37,420 nt of DNA from a virus (Duplodnaviria; Caudoviricetes). The translations under genes were made by a program, and so were the position numbers. The notes beneath the pieces are model-generated. The model was not told the origin of the DNA. It did not search any database and saw only the letters and a list, made by a program, of their open reading frames with translations. This document shows positions 6,587-16,275 of this stretch, in pieces. The stretch covers positions 1 to 37,420 of the IMG/VR virus record IMGVR_UViG_3300032239_000119; one strand, written 5' to 3'. How positions within the stretch are numbered: position 1 is the stretch's first letter; each line of letters begins with the position of its first letter.

Positions 6587-8861
6587 CCAAACTTCGATGA
6601 ATATTGTTGGCAAAGTAGCCAACGTCGGTAGTAATCCTACTACTACTCCAAATGAGCAGTCAGATGTAATGGCAACTATGCGCCATCGCTTTACTATGGC
6701 GATGTCAGCATATTCAGAAAGCCGTGAGGATGAGCTAGATGACCTTCGATTTATGGCTGGTTCTCCAGATAATCAGTGGCAATGGCCTGCTGACGTATTG
6801 GCAACTCGCGGATCTGTTCAAGGGCAGACCATCAATGCAAGACCTTGCCTTACTATTAACAAACTTCCCCAGCACGTTCGTCAAGTAACGAACGAGCAAC
6901 GCCAAAATCGACCCTCTGGAAAAGTAATCCCGTGCGATGACAAAGGCGATGTAGAAGTAGCAGAGATTTTTGAAGGTATGGTTCGCCATATCGAGTATAT
7001 GTCGGACTCGGATGTCGTCTATGACACCGCTTGCGAAAACCAAGTCACCTATGGTGAAGGGTATTTTCGCATTTTGACTGAGTTTTGCTACGATGATTCT
7101 TTTGACCAAGATATTCGTTTAGGTCGTATTCGCAACGCTTTTAGCGTCTATATGGATCCAATGATTCAAGATCCGGCTGGATCTGACGCTGAATATTGCT
7201 TTATTAGCCAAGATATTGAAAAATCGGACTACGAGCGTCAATTCCCTGATGCCGCGCCCATTACTTCAATGTTATCCCAAGGTGTAGGTGATGAATCCCT
7301 ATCCCAATGGATTAACGAAGATACTATACGAATTGCGGAGTATTTTTACTATACGCACACCCCAACTAAGCTAAATTTGTATCCTGGCAATCAAGCGTTT
7401 TACGCTGATAGTCCAGAAGATAAGCAAATGAAGCAACATGGGCTAAAACCTGTCAAAACCCGTATTGTGGATGTTAAAAAAGTTATTTGGTTAAAGACCA
7501 ATGGCTATGAAATCCTTGAAGAACGTGAATGGGCAGGCAAATGGATCCCCGTGATCCGTGTTGTAGGCAACGAATTTGAAGTAGATGGTCGCATTTATGT
7601 GTCTGGTTTGGTTCGTAACGCTAAAGACGCACAAAGAATGTACAACTACTGGGTATCCCAAGAAGCAGAAATGCTTGCTTTGGCTCCAAAAGCACCGTTT
7701 ATTGGGTATGGCGGTCAGTTTGAAGGATACGAACAAAATTGGAAAACTGCAAATACGACTAATTGGCCGTATTTAGAAGTTAACCCCGATGTTTCCGATG
7801 GTATGGGTACGCCTTTGCCATTACCGCAACGCGCCCAACCACCTATGGCTTCAAGCGGTCTTTTGCAAGCTAAAGCGGGCGCAAGTGATGATATCAAGTC
7901 CACTACTGGACAGTATGACTCGAGCTTAGGTGCCACAAGCAACGAACGCTCGGGGAAAGCTATTTTAGCAAGAGAGAAACAAGGCGATGTGGGTACTTAT
8001 CACTATGGTGATAACTTAACCAAAGCCATTCGCTATGCAACTCGTCAGCTAATCGACTTAATTCCTAAGATTTACGATACAGAGCGTATTGCTCGTATTG
8101 TTGGGATTGATGGCGAAGTATCAATGGTTAAGATTAATCCTGAACAGCCCGAAGCAGTTAAGAAAATCGTTGACCAGCAAGGCACCGTACTTGAGAAAGT
8201 CTATAACCCAAGCGTCGGTGTCTATGATGTTGTGGCTACTACAGGCCCAGGCTATATGACTAAACGCCAAGAAGCTATGGATTCAATGGCTCAGATTTTG
8301 CAAGGTAATCCTCAGTTATGGTCTGTTGCCGGCGATCTATTTGTTAAAAATATGGATTGGCCTGGCGCTCAAGAGTTAGGTGACCGCTTGGCTAAGACGA
8401 TTGATCCGAAGTTACTAGCAGTCGGCGATGAAGATCCAGCCTTGGCTGCGGCGCAACAACAAATCCAAGCTATGAGCGGCGAAATGGATGCAATGCACAC
8501 AATGTTGCAAAATGTGGGTAAATCCATTGAAATGCAGGACTTAGAACGCAAAGACTTTGAAGCACAAATTAAGATGTTTGATGCTGAAACTAAGCGTTTA
8601 TCTGCTGTTCAAGCCTCTATGTCACCAGAGCAAATCCAAGACATCGTACTTGGAACTGTACATGGCATGATGACTAATGGCGACTTGGTAAACGCAATGC
8701 AACGCGATACAGCGCAAGATATGCAAGAGGAAGATCAAAAAGAGCAAGAAATGAATCAACCTCAAGGCCAAGCGCCACAAGGTATGCCCCCACAAGGTAT
8801 GCCCCCACAGGGACAGCCAATGCCGCCTGAACAAATGCCACCACAAGGGATGCCCCAATGA
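6576..8861 (+). CDS. P22-like portal protein
   Basis: 761 aa; RPCLTINKL, GLVRNAKDAQRMYNY, SGKAILAR, GPGYMTKRQE motifs; follows the terminase. Confidence 0.92.
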   Translation: MAYDQTSMNIVGKVANVGSNPTTTPNEQSDVMATMRHRFTMAMSAYSESREDELDDLRFMAGSPDNQWQWPADVLATRGSVQGQTINARPCLTINKLPQHVRQVTNEQRQNRPSGKVIPCDDKGDVEVAEIFEGMVRHIEYMSDSDVVYDTACENQVTYGEGYFRILTEFCYDDSFDQDIRLGRIRNAFSVYMDPMIQDPAGSDAEYCFISQDIEKSDYERQFPDAAPITSMLSQGVGDESLSQWINEDTIRIAEYFYYTHTPTKLNLYPGNQAFYADSPEDKQMKQHGLKPVKTRIVDVKKVIWLKTNGYEILEEREWAGKWIPVIRVVGNEFEVDGRIYVSGLVRNAKDAQRMYNYWVSQEAEMLALAPKAPFIGYGGQFEGYEQNWKTANTTNWPYLEVNPDVSDGMGTPLPLPQRAQPPMASSGLLQAKAGASDDIKSTTGQYDSSLGATSNERSGKAILAREKQGDVGTYHYGDNLTKAIRYATRQLIDLIPKIYDTERIARIVGIDGEVSMVKINPEQPEAVKKIVDQQGTVLEKVYNPSVGVYDVVATTGPGYMTKRQEAMDSMAQILQGNPQLWSVAGDLFVKNMDWPGAQELGDRLAKTIDPKLLAVGDEDPALAAAQQQIQAMSGEMDAMHTMLQNVGKSIEMQDLERKDFEAQIKMFDAETKRLSAVQASMSPEQIQDIVLGTVHGMMTNGDLVNAMQRDTAQDMQEEDQKEQEMNQPQGQAPQGMPPQGMPPQGQPMPPEQMPPQGMPQ
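8775..8809 (+). repeat. 15-bp tandem repeat encoding PQGMP in the low-complexity portal tail
   Basis: CCACAAGGTATGCCC x2 plus partial copies. Confidence 0.8.
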
Positions 8862-9220
8862 AAGCCGCTGATTTTGTAGGAATTTTGTTTTTAGCCCGTG
8901 ATGTAACCCATTCGGTTCATCTCAATACACGTAGCTATGCCAAACATAAGGCTTTGCAAAAATTTTACGAGAGTATTATTGACCACGCTGATGATTTTGC
9001 AGAGGCATATCAGGGACGGCATAATTTAATAGGCCCTATAAGCCTAATGTCGGCTAAGAAAACATCAAATATTATTGAATTTCTCGAATCACAGCTTGCG
9101 GAAATAGAAGGTGCGAGATATGATGTTTGTGAGAAAACCGATACAGCGCTGCAACAGATTATTGATAATATTGTTCAGCTTTACTTATCTACGCTCTATA
9201 AATTACGCTTTTTAGCATAA
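8858..9220 (+). CDS. Ferritin/Dps-like four-helix protein (DUF5856-like)
   Basis: HLNT.SYAKHKAL..FY.....ADDFAEAYQG matches the Dps ferroxidase pattern. Confidence 0.75.
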   Translation: MKAADFVGILFLARDVTHSVHLNTRSYAKHKALQKFYESIIDHADDFAEAYQGRHNLIGPISLMSAKKTSNIIEFLESQLAEIEGARYDVCEKTDTALQQIIDNIVQLYLSTLYKLRFLA

Positions 9221-9230
9221 GGAACCAAAC

Positions 9231-9536
9231 ATGGAACTTTTACATCCTCTAGCCGACGCTGAATACCCAGCCGGATCCGTTTCTAGCGGATCATCCGCGG
9301 CTACTGTTGGTACTTGGAATCCTGGGCCACAAGGCGTGTTAGTTTGGGCGACCCAAGACGTTTATGTTGCTGTCGGTGTCGGCGCTGTTGCTACAACCAC
9401 AAGCACTCCTATTCCAGCTTACACACCAATTCCTTTTTTCGCACCCCAAACAGGTAGCGGCGCGCCTTGGTGTGTAAGTGTATTACAAATATCTGCGGCT
9501 GGCGTTGCTTACGCTAAACCGATTAATATCCGATGA
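9231..9536 (+). CDS. Hypothetical virion-associated beta-rich protein
   Basis: AAGGA SD; head module. Confidence 0.7.
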   Translation: MELLHPLADAEYPAGSVSSGSSAATVGTWNPGPQGVLVWATQDVYVAVGVGAVATTTSTPIPAYTPIPFFAPQTGSGAPWCVSVLQISAAGVAYAKPINIR

Positions 9537-9691
9537 GCTGGGGTGTTGGACTTCGCACTGGTGTAGCTGTAGGGCTAGGCAGTATTGCCTCGTTCTTTTC
9601 AGGCTATGGTAGAGATCAAGAGCTTAATAACTTGATTACCGAAGCTGGCGCTAATTTAGTACAACAAAATGGCTCATTTATTTTAGTTTAA
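9533..9691 (+). CDS. 52-aa protein (MSWGVGLRTG...LITEAGANLVQQNGSFILV)
   Basis: Read manually; ATGA overlap; C-terminal LxTExG.xL.xxG motif typical of fibre-adaptor proteins. Confidence 0.65.
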   Translation: MSWGVGLRTGVAVGLGSIASFFSGYGRDQELNNLITEAGANLVQQNGSFILV

Positions 9692-9700
9692 GGACTTATC

Positions 9701-10642
9701 ATGGCAGACGTCAAAATCTCAGGTTTACCCGCCTCAACAGTTCCGTTAGATGGCACCGAGGTACTGCCAATTGTTCAAGGTAGTACAACTAAACAAGTAT
9801 CTATTACTAATGTGACCGCTGGACGGGTAATAGCCGCATCAGGCATTACAACAGATACTTATAAAGCCGCATCTTCTGCTGGCGGTACATTGCAGTCTAA
9901 TAATGGAACTGCTTGCCTTCAATGGGGCGCTGGTGGTGGGTCAAATGTTATTCTTGACGGCGGTGTATCTTTAACTGCGGCTAATGTGGCAGCAACTTTT
10001 AGCCCTACAGGTACAGGCACCGTAACAATTAGCCCAACTGGTGCTTTAACTATTAACCCAGTAGCTGCTAGTACCATTAATAACACTTCTATTGGTGCTA
10101 CTACAGCCTCTACAGGTAAATTTAGCGCAGTCACAAATACTGCGTTAACAAGTGGCCGCGTAACGTATGCTTCTACAAGTGGCTTATTAGCTGACAGCGC
10201 TGGACTTACTTTTGATGGTACTAATTTAACTCTTGGTACATCTAATGGTGGAATTATATTTAATAATTCTTCAGCGCTAGCCAATTCCACATTAAATGAC
10301 TATGAAATAGGCACCTGGTTTCCAAATCAAGGTTCTGGCTTAACTCTTGTCGGCGCATTTGGTTCATCTGGTAAATATACAAAAGTTGGAAGCCTTGTAA
10401 CTGTAGCAGGTATTGTTTCAGGTGCTATTAGCGTTGCTTTGGCTTCTAATGGTGTACTGTGTACTAATTTACCATTTACATCTACTGCAGGTAATTATTA
10501 TTCAGGTACTTTATTTAATAATAATGCCGCTATTTCAATAATATACGCAGGTTTAAGCGGTACAGACGTAAACAACACCATAGGCGCCGTAGCTGCATCA
10601 ACAACCATATTTTTTAGTATTACATACCGCGCATCTTTTTAA
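9701..10642 (+). CDS. Fibre/receptor-binding protein
   Basis: MADVKISGLP N-terminus, G/T/S-rich, NDYEIGTW and YTKVGSLVTV C-terminal knob. Confidence 0.7.
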   Translation: MADVKISGLPASTVPLDGTEVLPIVQGSTTKQVSITNVTAGRVIAASGITTDTYKAASSAGGTLQSNNGTACLQWGAGGGSNVILDGGVSLTAANVAATFSPTGTGTVTISPTGALTINPVAASTINNTSIGATTASTGKFSAVTNTALTSGRVTYASTSGLLADSAGLTFDGTNLTLGTSNGGIIFNNSSALANSTLNDYEIGTWFPNQGSGLTLVGAFGSSGKYTKVGSLVTVAGIVSGAISVALASNGVLCTNLPFTSTAGNYYSGTLFNNNAAISIIYAGLSGTDVNNTIGAVAASTTIFFSITYRASF

Positions 10643-10683
10643 TTAACCCCTATTAGGTTAATCGGACAATTAGGAGAATCAAA

Positions 10684-10956
10684 ATGGCACTACAACAAAC
10701 AACAGTAATAGACAAAATTGAAATAGTAGAAAATGGTACTTTGCAAGTGCGTCAACGTACTGATATTTTTGATGATGCAAACCCGTCAGCAATTTTAGCG
10801 TCAAATTACCAAAGAAATTCTTTAGCGCCCGCAAGTGATTTAGCAGGTCAAGAACCTAAAGTAGTAGCTATTGCTAACGCAACATGGACACCAGAAGTAA
10901 TCGCCTCATACCAAGCAGAGCAAGCTAAAAATGCGTTGCCGATTTCGTTGGTTTAA
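10684..10956 (+). CDS. Probable fibre-associated chaperone
   Basis: MAL....IDKIEI.ENG.LQVR...WTPEVIA.Y; follows the DYExGTW fibre; AGGAG SD. Confidence 0.6.
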   Translation: MALQQTTVIDKIEIVENGTLQVRQRTDIFDDANPSAILASNYQRNSLAPASDLAGQEPKVVAIANATWTPEVIASYQAEQAKNALPISLV

Positions 10957-10977
10957 GAAGTTATTAAGGGAAATAAA

Positions 10978-12969
10978 ATGACTGTCAATTTATCGTTATT
11001 TGCTGGTGCAGGATGGCAATTTTTTGATAATAATGGTACTCCGTTATCTGGCGGCCTTGTTTACACTTACGCTGCTGGTACAACTACGCCTGCGACTACG
11101 TATACTACCCTTGCTGGCAATGTAGCTAACGCAAATCCAATCATATTAGATTCAGCAGGCCGTGTTCCTAATGAAATATGGCTTACTAATCTTCTTTCGT
11201 ATAAGTTTGTTTTAAAAGACGCAACTTTAGTTACGATTGGAACTTACGACAATATTTTTGGTGCTAATGACTCATCGGCGATAGATGCTTTTAAAGTAGA
11301 CCTTGCAAATTCAAGCAACCCCGCACTTGGCGATGCTTTAGTTGGGTTTAGACAGTCTAATGCGGCTGGAAATTTAACAGGATCCGTAGGCAGCACGGTT
11401 CATTCTAAATTACAAGAAATTGTAAGCGTTAAAGATTTTGGCGCAAAAGGCGACGGAACTACTGACGATTACGCGGCTATTACAACTGCTATTGCTAATT
11501 CGCAGTCTATTTACTTTCCTAATGGTACATATAACCATTCGCAGACTATTAACTGGACTAAATTTGGTATACAAGTTAATTCTGAAAGTGAAGCTGGCGT
11601 AGTTTTTCAACATACTGGTACAGGTGTTGCCCAAAAACTAGATGGTGGAAACATAGTTACGGCTGCTGCAAGTTATAATGCTAGAATTGGGCCATTTAGA
11701 ATTAATGGAAATGCTAATACAACCAATGGTTTTGAAGTAACAAATTGCCATAATTGGGAAATTAATATTACCGTTAATAATGTTTCAGGCGTTGGTTTTT
11801 TAAGCCGATTTGCTATTGATGGCATATTAAACTTCAAATCTACACCAAACGGTGGTTATGGAAGTTCACCTCAATTAAGCAGAGGTATTCAATTAGACGG
11901 AAATTCAAGAAGTTTCAATGGTCAAATTAATAACGGTGTTGCTGGCGGTGGAACGCCTGGCACAGTATTAACCGTATTATCTATTGCGGCTGACGCTGCG
12001 CCTTTGGCAATTGGTATGGTTGTTACCGGCGTTGGTGTTATTGCTGGAACAAAGATTACCGCTTTTGGTACAGGTACGGGCGGTGTTGGTACTTATACAG
12101 TAAGTATTAGTCAAGATGTAGGCGGCGCTGGCGAATTGATGTACGACAACGGCGTTACTGGCCCAACTAACGGTGTGCTTGTTATAGCCCCAATTGTGGT
12201 CGGTTGTTCTGATGTAGGTATTTATTTAGGAAATGCTGGCGGTAATGTACTTGAAAAGCCCGAAGTAGAAACTAATGGTACATACAACATTTATTGCAAG
12301 CCAAACGTAGCTATCTTAAACCAAATTAATTCGCCTTATTCCAATGGTGATATGGTTGATTATGGTTCAAATAATCTTTGGACTAATATGGTTAACGGCG
12401 GCACTTTCTATTTAGGTGCTTCAGGCGCAGGCGCTTATATGCCAAGAGTTATTGGCGGCCAAACAACTAATCTTAATATTCAAGCAAGCACGGTTAATGC
12501 TTATATTCGTGGTTTAGTTTATGCGACTACTATTACTGACTCAAGTACAACAAGCGATTTAGATATTGGAAAGACAGATGCAACCTTTCCAGTAGGGCAT
12601 ACTTTCCAAACAATTTATATTGCTTGTGCTGAAGTAATTGGTCAGTTAAGAAATTATGCTCAAGAGCTTACAGCTTCAGGTGCTTTTAGTAATAATATAA
12701 GCCAACTTCAGTTAAACCATGCTACGGTGCCTATTGTAGCAACTTGGCCTACTGCTCCCGTTCAAGGAAGATTAGCTTATATTATTAATACAAGCGCAAC
12801 AGGTACAGCCGCGCACAGTGTTAAGTTACCAGCCGGTGTTACTTTTGACGGCACTAATAATACAGTTACTTTAAACGCTCCTGATGAAGCTGTTTCTTTA
12901 AATGGAAGTAGCACAACTAGATGGCGCGTTTTATCTTTTGTTGGTTCACCAACATATAGTATTACTTAA
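10978..12969 (+). CDS. Tailspike with pectate-lyase-like beta-helix (putative depolymerase)
   Basis: N-terminal particle-binding domain ([22 protein letters not shown]); [16 protein letters not shown]; N/G-rich repeats. Confidence 0.85.
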   Translation: MTVNLSLFAGAGWQFFDNNGTPLSGGLVYTYAAGTTTPATTYTTLAGNVANANPIILDSAGRVPNEIWLTNLLSYKFVLKDATLVTIGTYDNIFGANDSSAIDAFKVDLANSSNPALGDALVGFRQSNAAGNLTGSVGSTVHSKLQEIVSVKDFGAKGDGTTDDYAAITTAIANSQSIYFPNGTYNHSQTINWTKFGIQVNSESEAGVVFQHTGTGVAQKLDGGNIVTAAASYNARIGPFRINGNANTTNGFEVTNCHNWEINITVNNVSGVGFLSRFAIDGILNFKSTPNGGYGSSPQLSRGIQLDGNSRSFNGQINNGVAGGGTPGTVLTVLSIAADAAPLAIGMVVTGVGVIAGTKITAFGTGTGGVGTYTVSISQDVGGAGELMYDNGVTGPTNGVLVIAPIVVGCSDVGIYLGNAGGNVLEKPEVETNGTYNIYCKPNVAILNQINSPYSNGDMVDYGSNNLWTNMVNGGTFYLGASGAGAYMPRVIGGQTTNLNIQASTVNAYIRGLVYATTITDSSTTSDLDIGKTDATFPVGHTFQTIYIACAEVIGQLRNYAQELTASGAFSNNISQLQLNHATVPIVATWPTAPVQGRLAYIINTSATGTAAHSVKLPAGVTFDGTNNTVTLNAPDEAVSLNGSSTTRWRVLSFVGSPTYSIT

Positions 12970-12994
12970 CAATACCTTTATTTAAGGTTAGAAT
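12966..12994 (+). promoter_or_regulatory. Putative sigma70 promoter TTAACA-17-TAGAAT for scaffold/coat genes
   Basis: 5/6 matches in each box, 17-nt spacer. Confidence 0.6.
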
Positions 12995-13044
12995 TATCGT
13001 AAACGTACTAGCCGTTAGCTAGGGTTTCTTTAGGAAACATCGAA

Positions 13045-13830
13045 ATGGACGAAAGTCAAGAAGTAGTACCAGCGGAAGTATCCGCGCCAGAACAGGTGGC
13101 AACGGCTGCACCTGAAGCTGAAGAAGTAGCGCCGGAAGCAGAAAAGCCCGTAGAAGCGGCAAAAACCTTCTCGCAAGAGGATGTAGATGCGCTAATTGGG
13201 AAACGACTTGCTAGAGAACAACGTAAGTGGGAAAGAGAACAGACCGCTAAAACTGCCGAAATGCAGGTTAAGCGCGCTCCGGTTGAAATCCCGCCGATTG
13301 AGCAGTTTGCTTCACCTGATGATTATGCCGATGCTTTGGCAGAAAAGAAGGCAGAAGAATTGCTTGCTAGGCGTGAACAAGCGAAAGCACAGTCTGCAAT
13401 CATTGAGTCCTACCACGACCTTGAAGAAGAAGCACGGGTAAAGTATGACGATTTTGAACAAGTCGCCTATAATCCCAAGCTCCCAATCACGGACGCTATG
13501 GCTCAAACGATTCAAGCTTCAGATGTTGGCCCCGATATGGCTTATTACCTAGGGTCTAATCCGAAAGAAGCAGATCGTATTTCTCGTTTATCGCCACTTT
13601 CGCAAGCCAAAGAATTAGGGAAGATTGAGGCTAAATTAGCCGATAATCCTCCTGTAAAAAAGACTTCGAGCGCTCCAGCACCAATTGCTCCTGTCACGGC
13701 ACGATCCTCTGGGTCGCCTAGTTTAGATACAACTGATCCTCGATCTATTAAAAGTTTGAGTACATCAGAATGGATTGAAGCTGAACGCCAAAGACAGGTC
13801 AAGAAGTGGGAAGCGCAGAGAAACCGCTAA
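13045..13830 (+). CDS. Capsid scaffolding protein
   Basis: Acidic, helical, directly upstream of the coat gene; FSQEDVDALIGKRLARE. Confidence 0.85.
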   Translation: MDESQEVVPAEVSAPEQVATAAPEAEEVAPEAEKPVEAAKTFSQEDVDALIGKRLAREQRKWEREQTAKTAEMQVKRAPVEIPPIEQFASPDDYADALAEKKAEELLARREQAKAQSAIIESYHDLEEEARVKYDDFEQVAYNPKLPITDAMAQTIQASDVGPDMAYYLGSNPKEADRISRLSPLSQAKELGKIEAKLADNPPVKKTSSAPAPIAPVTARSSGSPSLDTTDPRSIKSLSTSEWIEAERQRQVKKWEAQRNR

Positions 13831-13854
13831 CTATTTTTTAATTAGGACTTTATT

Positions 13855-15060
13855 ATGTCAAATTCGATCTTAACCATCGACATGATTACAAGAAAAGCTC
13901 TCGAAATCCTCGAGAATAATCTTGTACTCACACGTAACGTAAACCGCCAGTATGATGACTCTTTCGCTGTTGAAGGTGCCAAAATTGGTTCAACCCTGCG
14001 TATTCGCTTACCAGACCGCGCTTTGGTAACTGATGGTGCCGCCTTGCAAGTTCAAGACGATAACGAACAGTACACAACTTTGACTGTAGCATCACAAAAA
14101 CACATCGGTGTGAACTTCACATCCGCTGAGTTGACAATGCAGTTAGATGACTTCGCAGAACGCGTACTCAAGCCACGTATTAGCCAATTGGCATCTTCTA
14201 TTGATGCTGACGTAGCTAACGCTTACAAAGCTATTTATAGCTCAGTAGGTACACCTGGTACAACTCCAGCTACTTCTTTGGTTCTGTTGCAAGCGCAACA
14301 AAAACTGAACGAAAACGCCGCTGTTATGTCCCCACGTTACGCTACTGTTAACCCAGCAGCCAACGCAGGTTTGGTTGAAGGCATGAAAGGTCTGTTTAAT
14401 CCTACAGACACAATCAGCCGTCAATTCAAGAATGGCATGATGGGTATGGGCGTATTGGGCTACGAAGAAATCAACATGAGCCAGTCTATCAAGCAACATA
14501 CAACTGGTACTTGGGGTACAACTATCACTGTAACTACTACTGTAGCTGCACAAGGTCAAGCTACTTTAGGTCTGAGCTTTACAGGTTCTTCACAGTCATG
14601 GAACGTAGGCGACGTATTTACTGTTGCTAACGTGTACTCAGTTAACCCACAAACCCGTGAATCTACAGGTTCTTTGCAACAATTCGTAGTTACTGCTGCC
14701 GTTACTGCGCAGAACGCTACAACTACTGTTTCAATCAGCCCAGCGATTTACACATCAGTTAATGCTTTGGCAACTGTGGATTCATTCCCTGTTGCTGGCG
14801 CCGCTGTGACAATGTTAGGTGCAGCTACTACTCAGTACGCTCAAAACTTGGTTTACCACAAAGATGCGATTACTTTTGCAACCGCTGACTTGTTGTTGCC
14901 ACAAGGTGTTGACATGGCTTCCCGCCAAGTTCATAACGGTATTTCATTGCGTGTTGTACGTCAGTACGATATCAATAATGACCGTTTACCTTGCCGTATT
15001 GACGTTCTGTATGGTTTTAGCACGATTCGTCCAGCAATGGCTTGCCGTATCTGGGGTTAA
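13855..15060 (+). CDS. Major capsid protein (P22 coat-like)
   Basis: KIGSTLRIRLP, RIDVLYG; 401 aa; strong codon bias. Confidence 0.92.
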   Translation: MSNSILTIDMITRKALEILENNLVLTRNVNRQYDDSFAVEGAKIGSTLRIRLPDRALVTDGAALQVQDDNEQYTTLTVASQKHIGVNFTSAELTMQLDDFAERVLKPRISQLASSIDADVANAYKAIYSSVGTPGTTPATSLVLLQAQQKLNENAAVMSPRYATVNPAANAGLVEGMKGLFNPTDTISRQFKNGMMGMGVLGYEEINMSQSIKQHTTGTWGTTITVTTTVAAQGQATLGLSFTGSSQSWNVGDVFTVANVYSVNPQTRESTGSLQQFVVTAAVTAQNATTTVSISPAIYTSVNALATVDSFPVAGAAVTMLGAATTQYAQNLVYHKDAITFATADLLLPQGVDMASRQVHNGISLRVVRQYDINNDRLPCRIDVLYGFSTIRPAMACRIWG

Positions 15061-15067
15061 TCAAAAT

Positions 15068-15092
15068 GCTTCCGCGCAAGCGGGAGCTTTTT
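15068..15092 (+). terminator. Rho-independent terminator after the coat gene
   Basis: GCTTCCGC-GCAA-GCGGGAGC-TTTTT. Confidence 0.8.
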
Positions 15093-15118
15093 AAATCAAT
15101 TTTTTAAGGAAATATATC

Positions 15119-15508
15119 ATGGCACTTCCAAATGGAGCAGGTGGCTATCAAGTTACCGATGGCAATTTATCAGAAGCAACTATTGGCGTTCAAGCAGCGC
15201 CAGTAACATACGCAGCAGCAGCATCACCTTTGTTATCTGCTGATTTGACTAACGGCATTATCTATTACACAGGCAGTGGTAATAACCTGCAATTACCTTT
15301 AGGTGTTGATTTAGATGCTGCTATTTCAAGTGCAAAAACCAATAGCTCTATTGATTTCAATATTATTGCTAATGGTGGTACAGCAACAATTACAACTAAT
15401 ACTGGTTGGACATTGATTGGTACTATCACGGTTCCTACTACCACTTCTGGCGCTTTTCGCGCTCGTAAGACCGGTACAGGCACTTGGACTTTGTATCGCA
15501 TCTCGTAA
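15119..15508 (+). CDS. Probable capsid decoration/cement protein
   Basis: Beta-rich, follows the coat gene, AAGGA SD. Confidence 0.6.
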   Translation: MALPNGAGGYQVTDGNLSEATIGVQAAPVTYAAAASPLLSADLTNGIIYYTGSGNNLQLPLGVDLDAAISSAKTNSSIDFNIIANGGTATITTNTGWTLIGTITVPTTTSGAFRARKTGTGTWTLYRIS

Positions 15509-15516
15509 TGTAATAT

Positions 15517-15539
15517 CCCGCCCTTCGGGGCGGGTTTTT
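15517..15539 (+). terminator. Rho-independent terminator
   Basis: CCCGCCC-TTCG-GGGCGGG-TTTTT. Confidence 0.85.
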
Positions 15540-15552
15540 AAAAGGAAAAATC

Positions 15553-16023
15553 ATGCCAAATACCAAAGCTATTGGCGTTGCGTATAGCGACCCTCAATTT
15601 GATAGTTTGACCGTTACGGGCGCAACTTCGTTGCAAACACTAACAACTATTGCTAGTAGTAGTACAAGTTTTAGCGGAACAACGGTTACTGCTACAGGAA
15701 ATCTTGTAATTGCATCTGCTACTATCGCCGCTGCTGGGTCAACTAATGCTGACGCTGCTGCAATCGCTGGTGGTTTTACATTGGTTACCGCAGCCGATGC
15801 AACTAAAGGCGTAATTCTTGCTGCCCCTGTTGCTGGTACTGTAGTCATCATTAAAAATGGTGATGTAGCAAACGCTGTTTTAAAAGTGTATCCTAATTCG
15901 GGCGCTTCTATTAATGCTTTAACTGCAACAACTGGTGCATATAGTATGGCTGCTAAAACCTCTATGGTTCTTGTAGCTTACAGTGCAACACAATGGTATA
16001 CCGTACCGTTGGTAGCATCTTAA
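15553..16023 (+). CDS. Virion structural protein (decoration/short head-fibre-like)
   Basis: A/T-rich; GVIL..P.AG.V.IIKN..VLKVYP..G..IN knob pattern. Confidence 0.6.
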   Translation: MPNTKAIGVAYSDPQFDSLTVTGATSLQTLTTIASSSTSFSGTTVTATGNLVIASATIAAAGSTNADAAAIAGGFTLVTAADATKGVILAAPVAGTVVIIKNGDVANAVLKVYPNSGASINALTATTGAYSMAAKTSMVLVAYSATQWYTVPLVAS

Positions 16024-16048
16024 TAAAAATAGGGGGTTCGCCCCCTAT
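16024..16048 (-). terminator. Hairpin ATAGGGGG-TTCG-CCCCCTAT with an upstream A-run (minus-strand terminator or stability hairpin)
   Basis: Perfect 8-bp stem; U-tract only on the minus strand. Confidence 0.55.
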
Positions 16049-16063
16049 CTAACTAAAGAAATT

Positions 16064-16264
16064 ATGCCAATTATCTATATGAAGCACCCCATTCACGGCG
16101 CTAAAGTCGCTACAATGGAGGCTGAAGCAGAACATGACGAAACGCATGGTTGGGAACGCTACGAACTGGATACGCAACCAGAACCCGTAGTTGAGTTAGA
16201 AGAAATGCTTGCGGCTCCTGTTAATACACTGGAAGTGAAAAGACGTCGTAAAACTTCAGCGTAA
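16064..16264 (+). CDS. Hypothetical head-module protein (66 aa)
   Basis: ORF track; IYMKHPIHG.KVA...E...DE..GW. Confidence 0.7.
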   Translation: MPIIYMKHPIHGAKVATMEAEAEHDETHGWERYELDTQPEPVVELEEMLAAPVNTLEVKRRRKTSA

Positions 16265-16275
16265 AGGAACACGTA

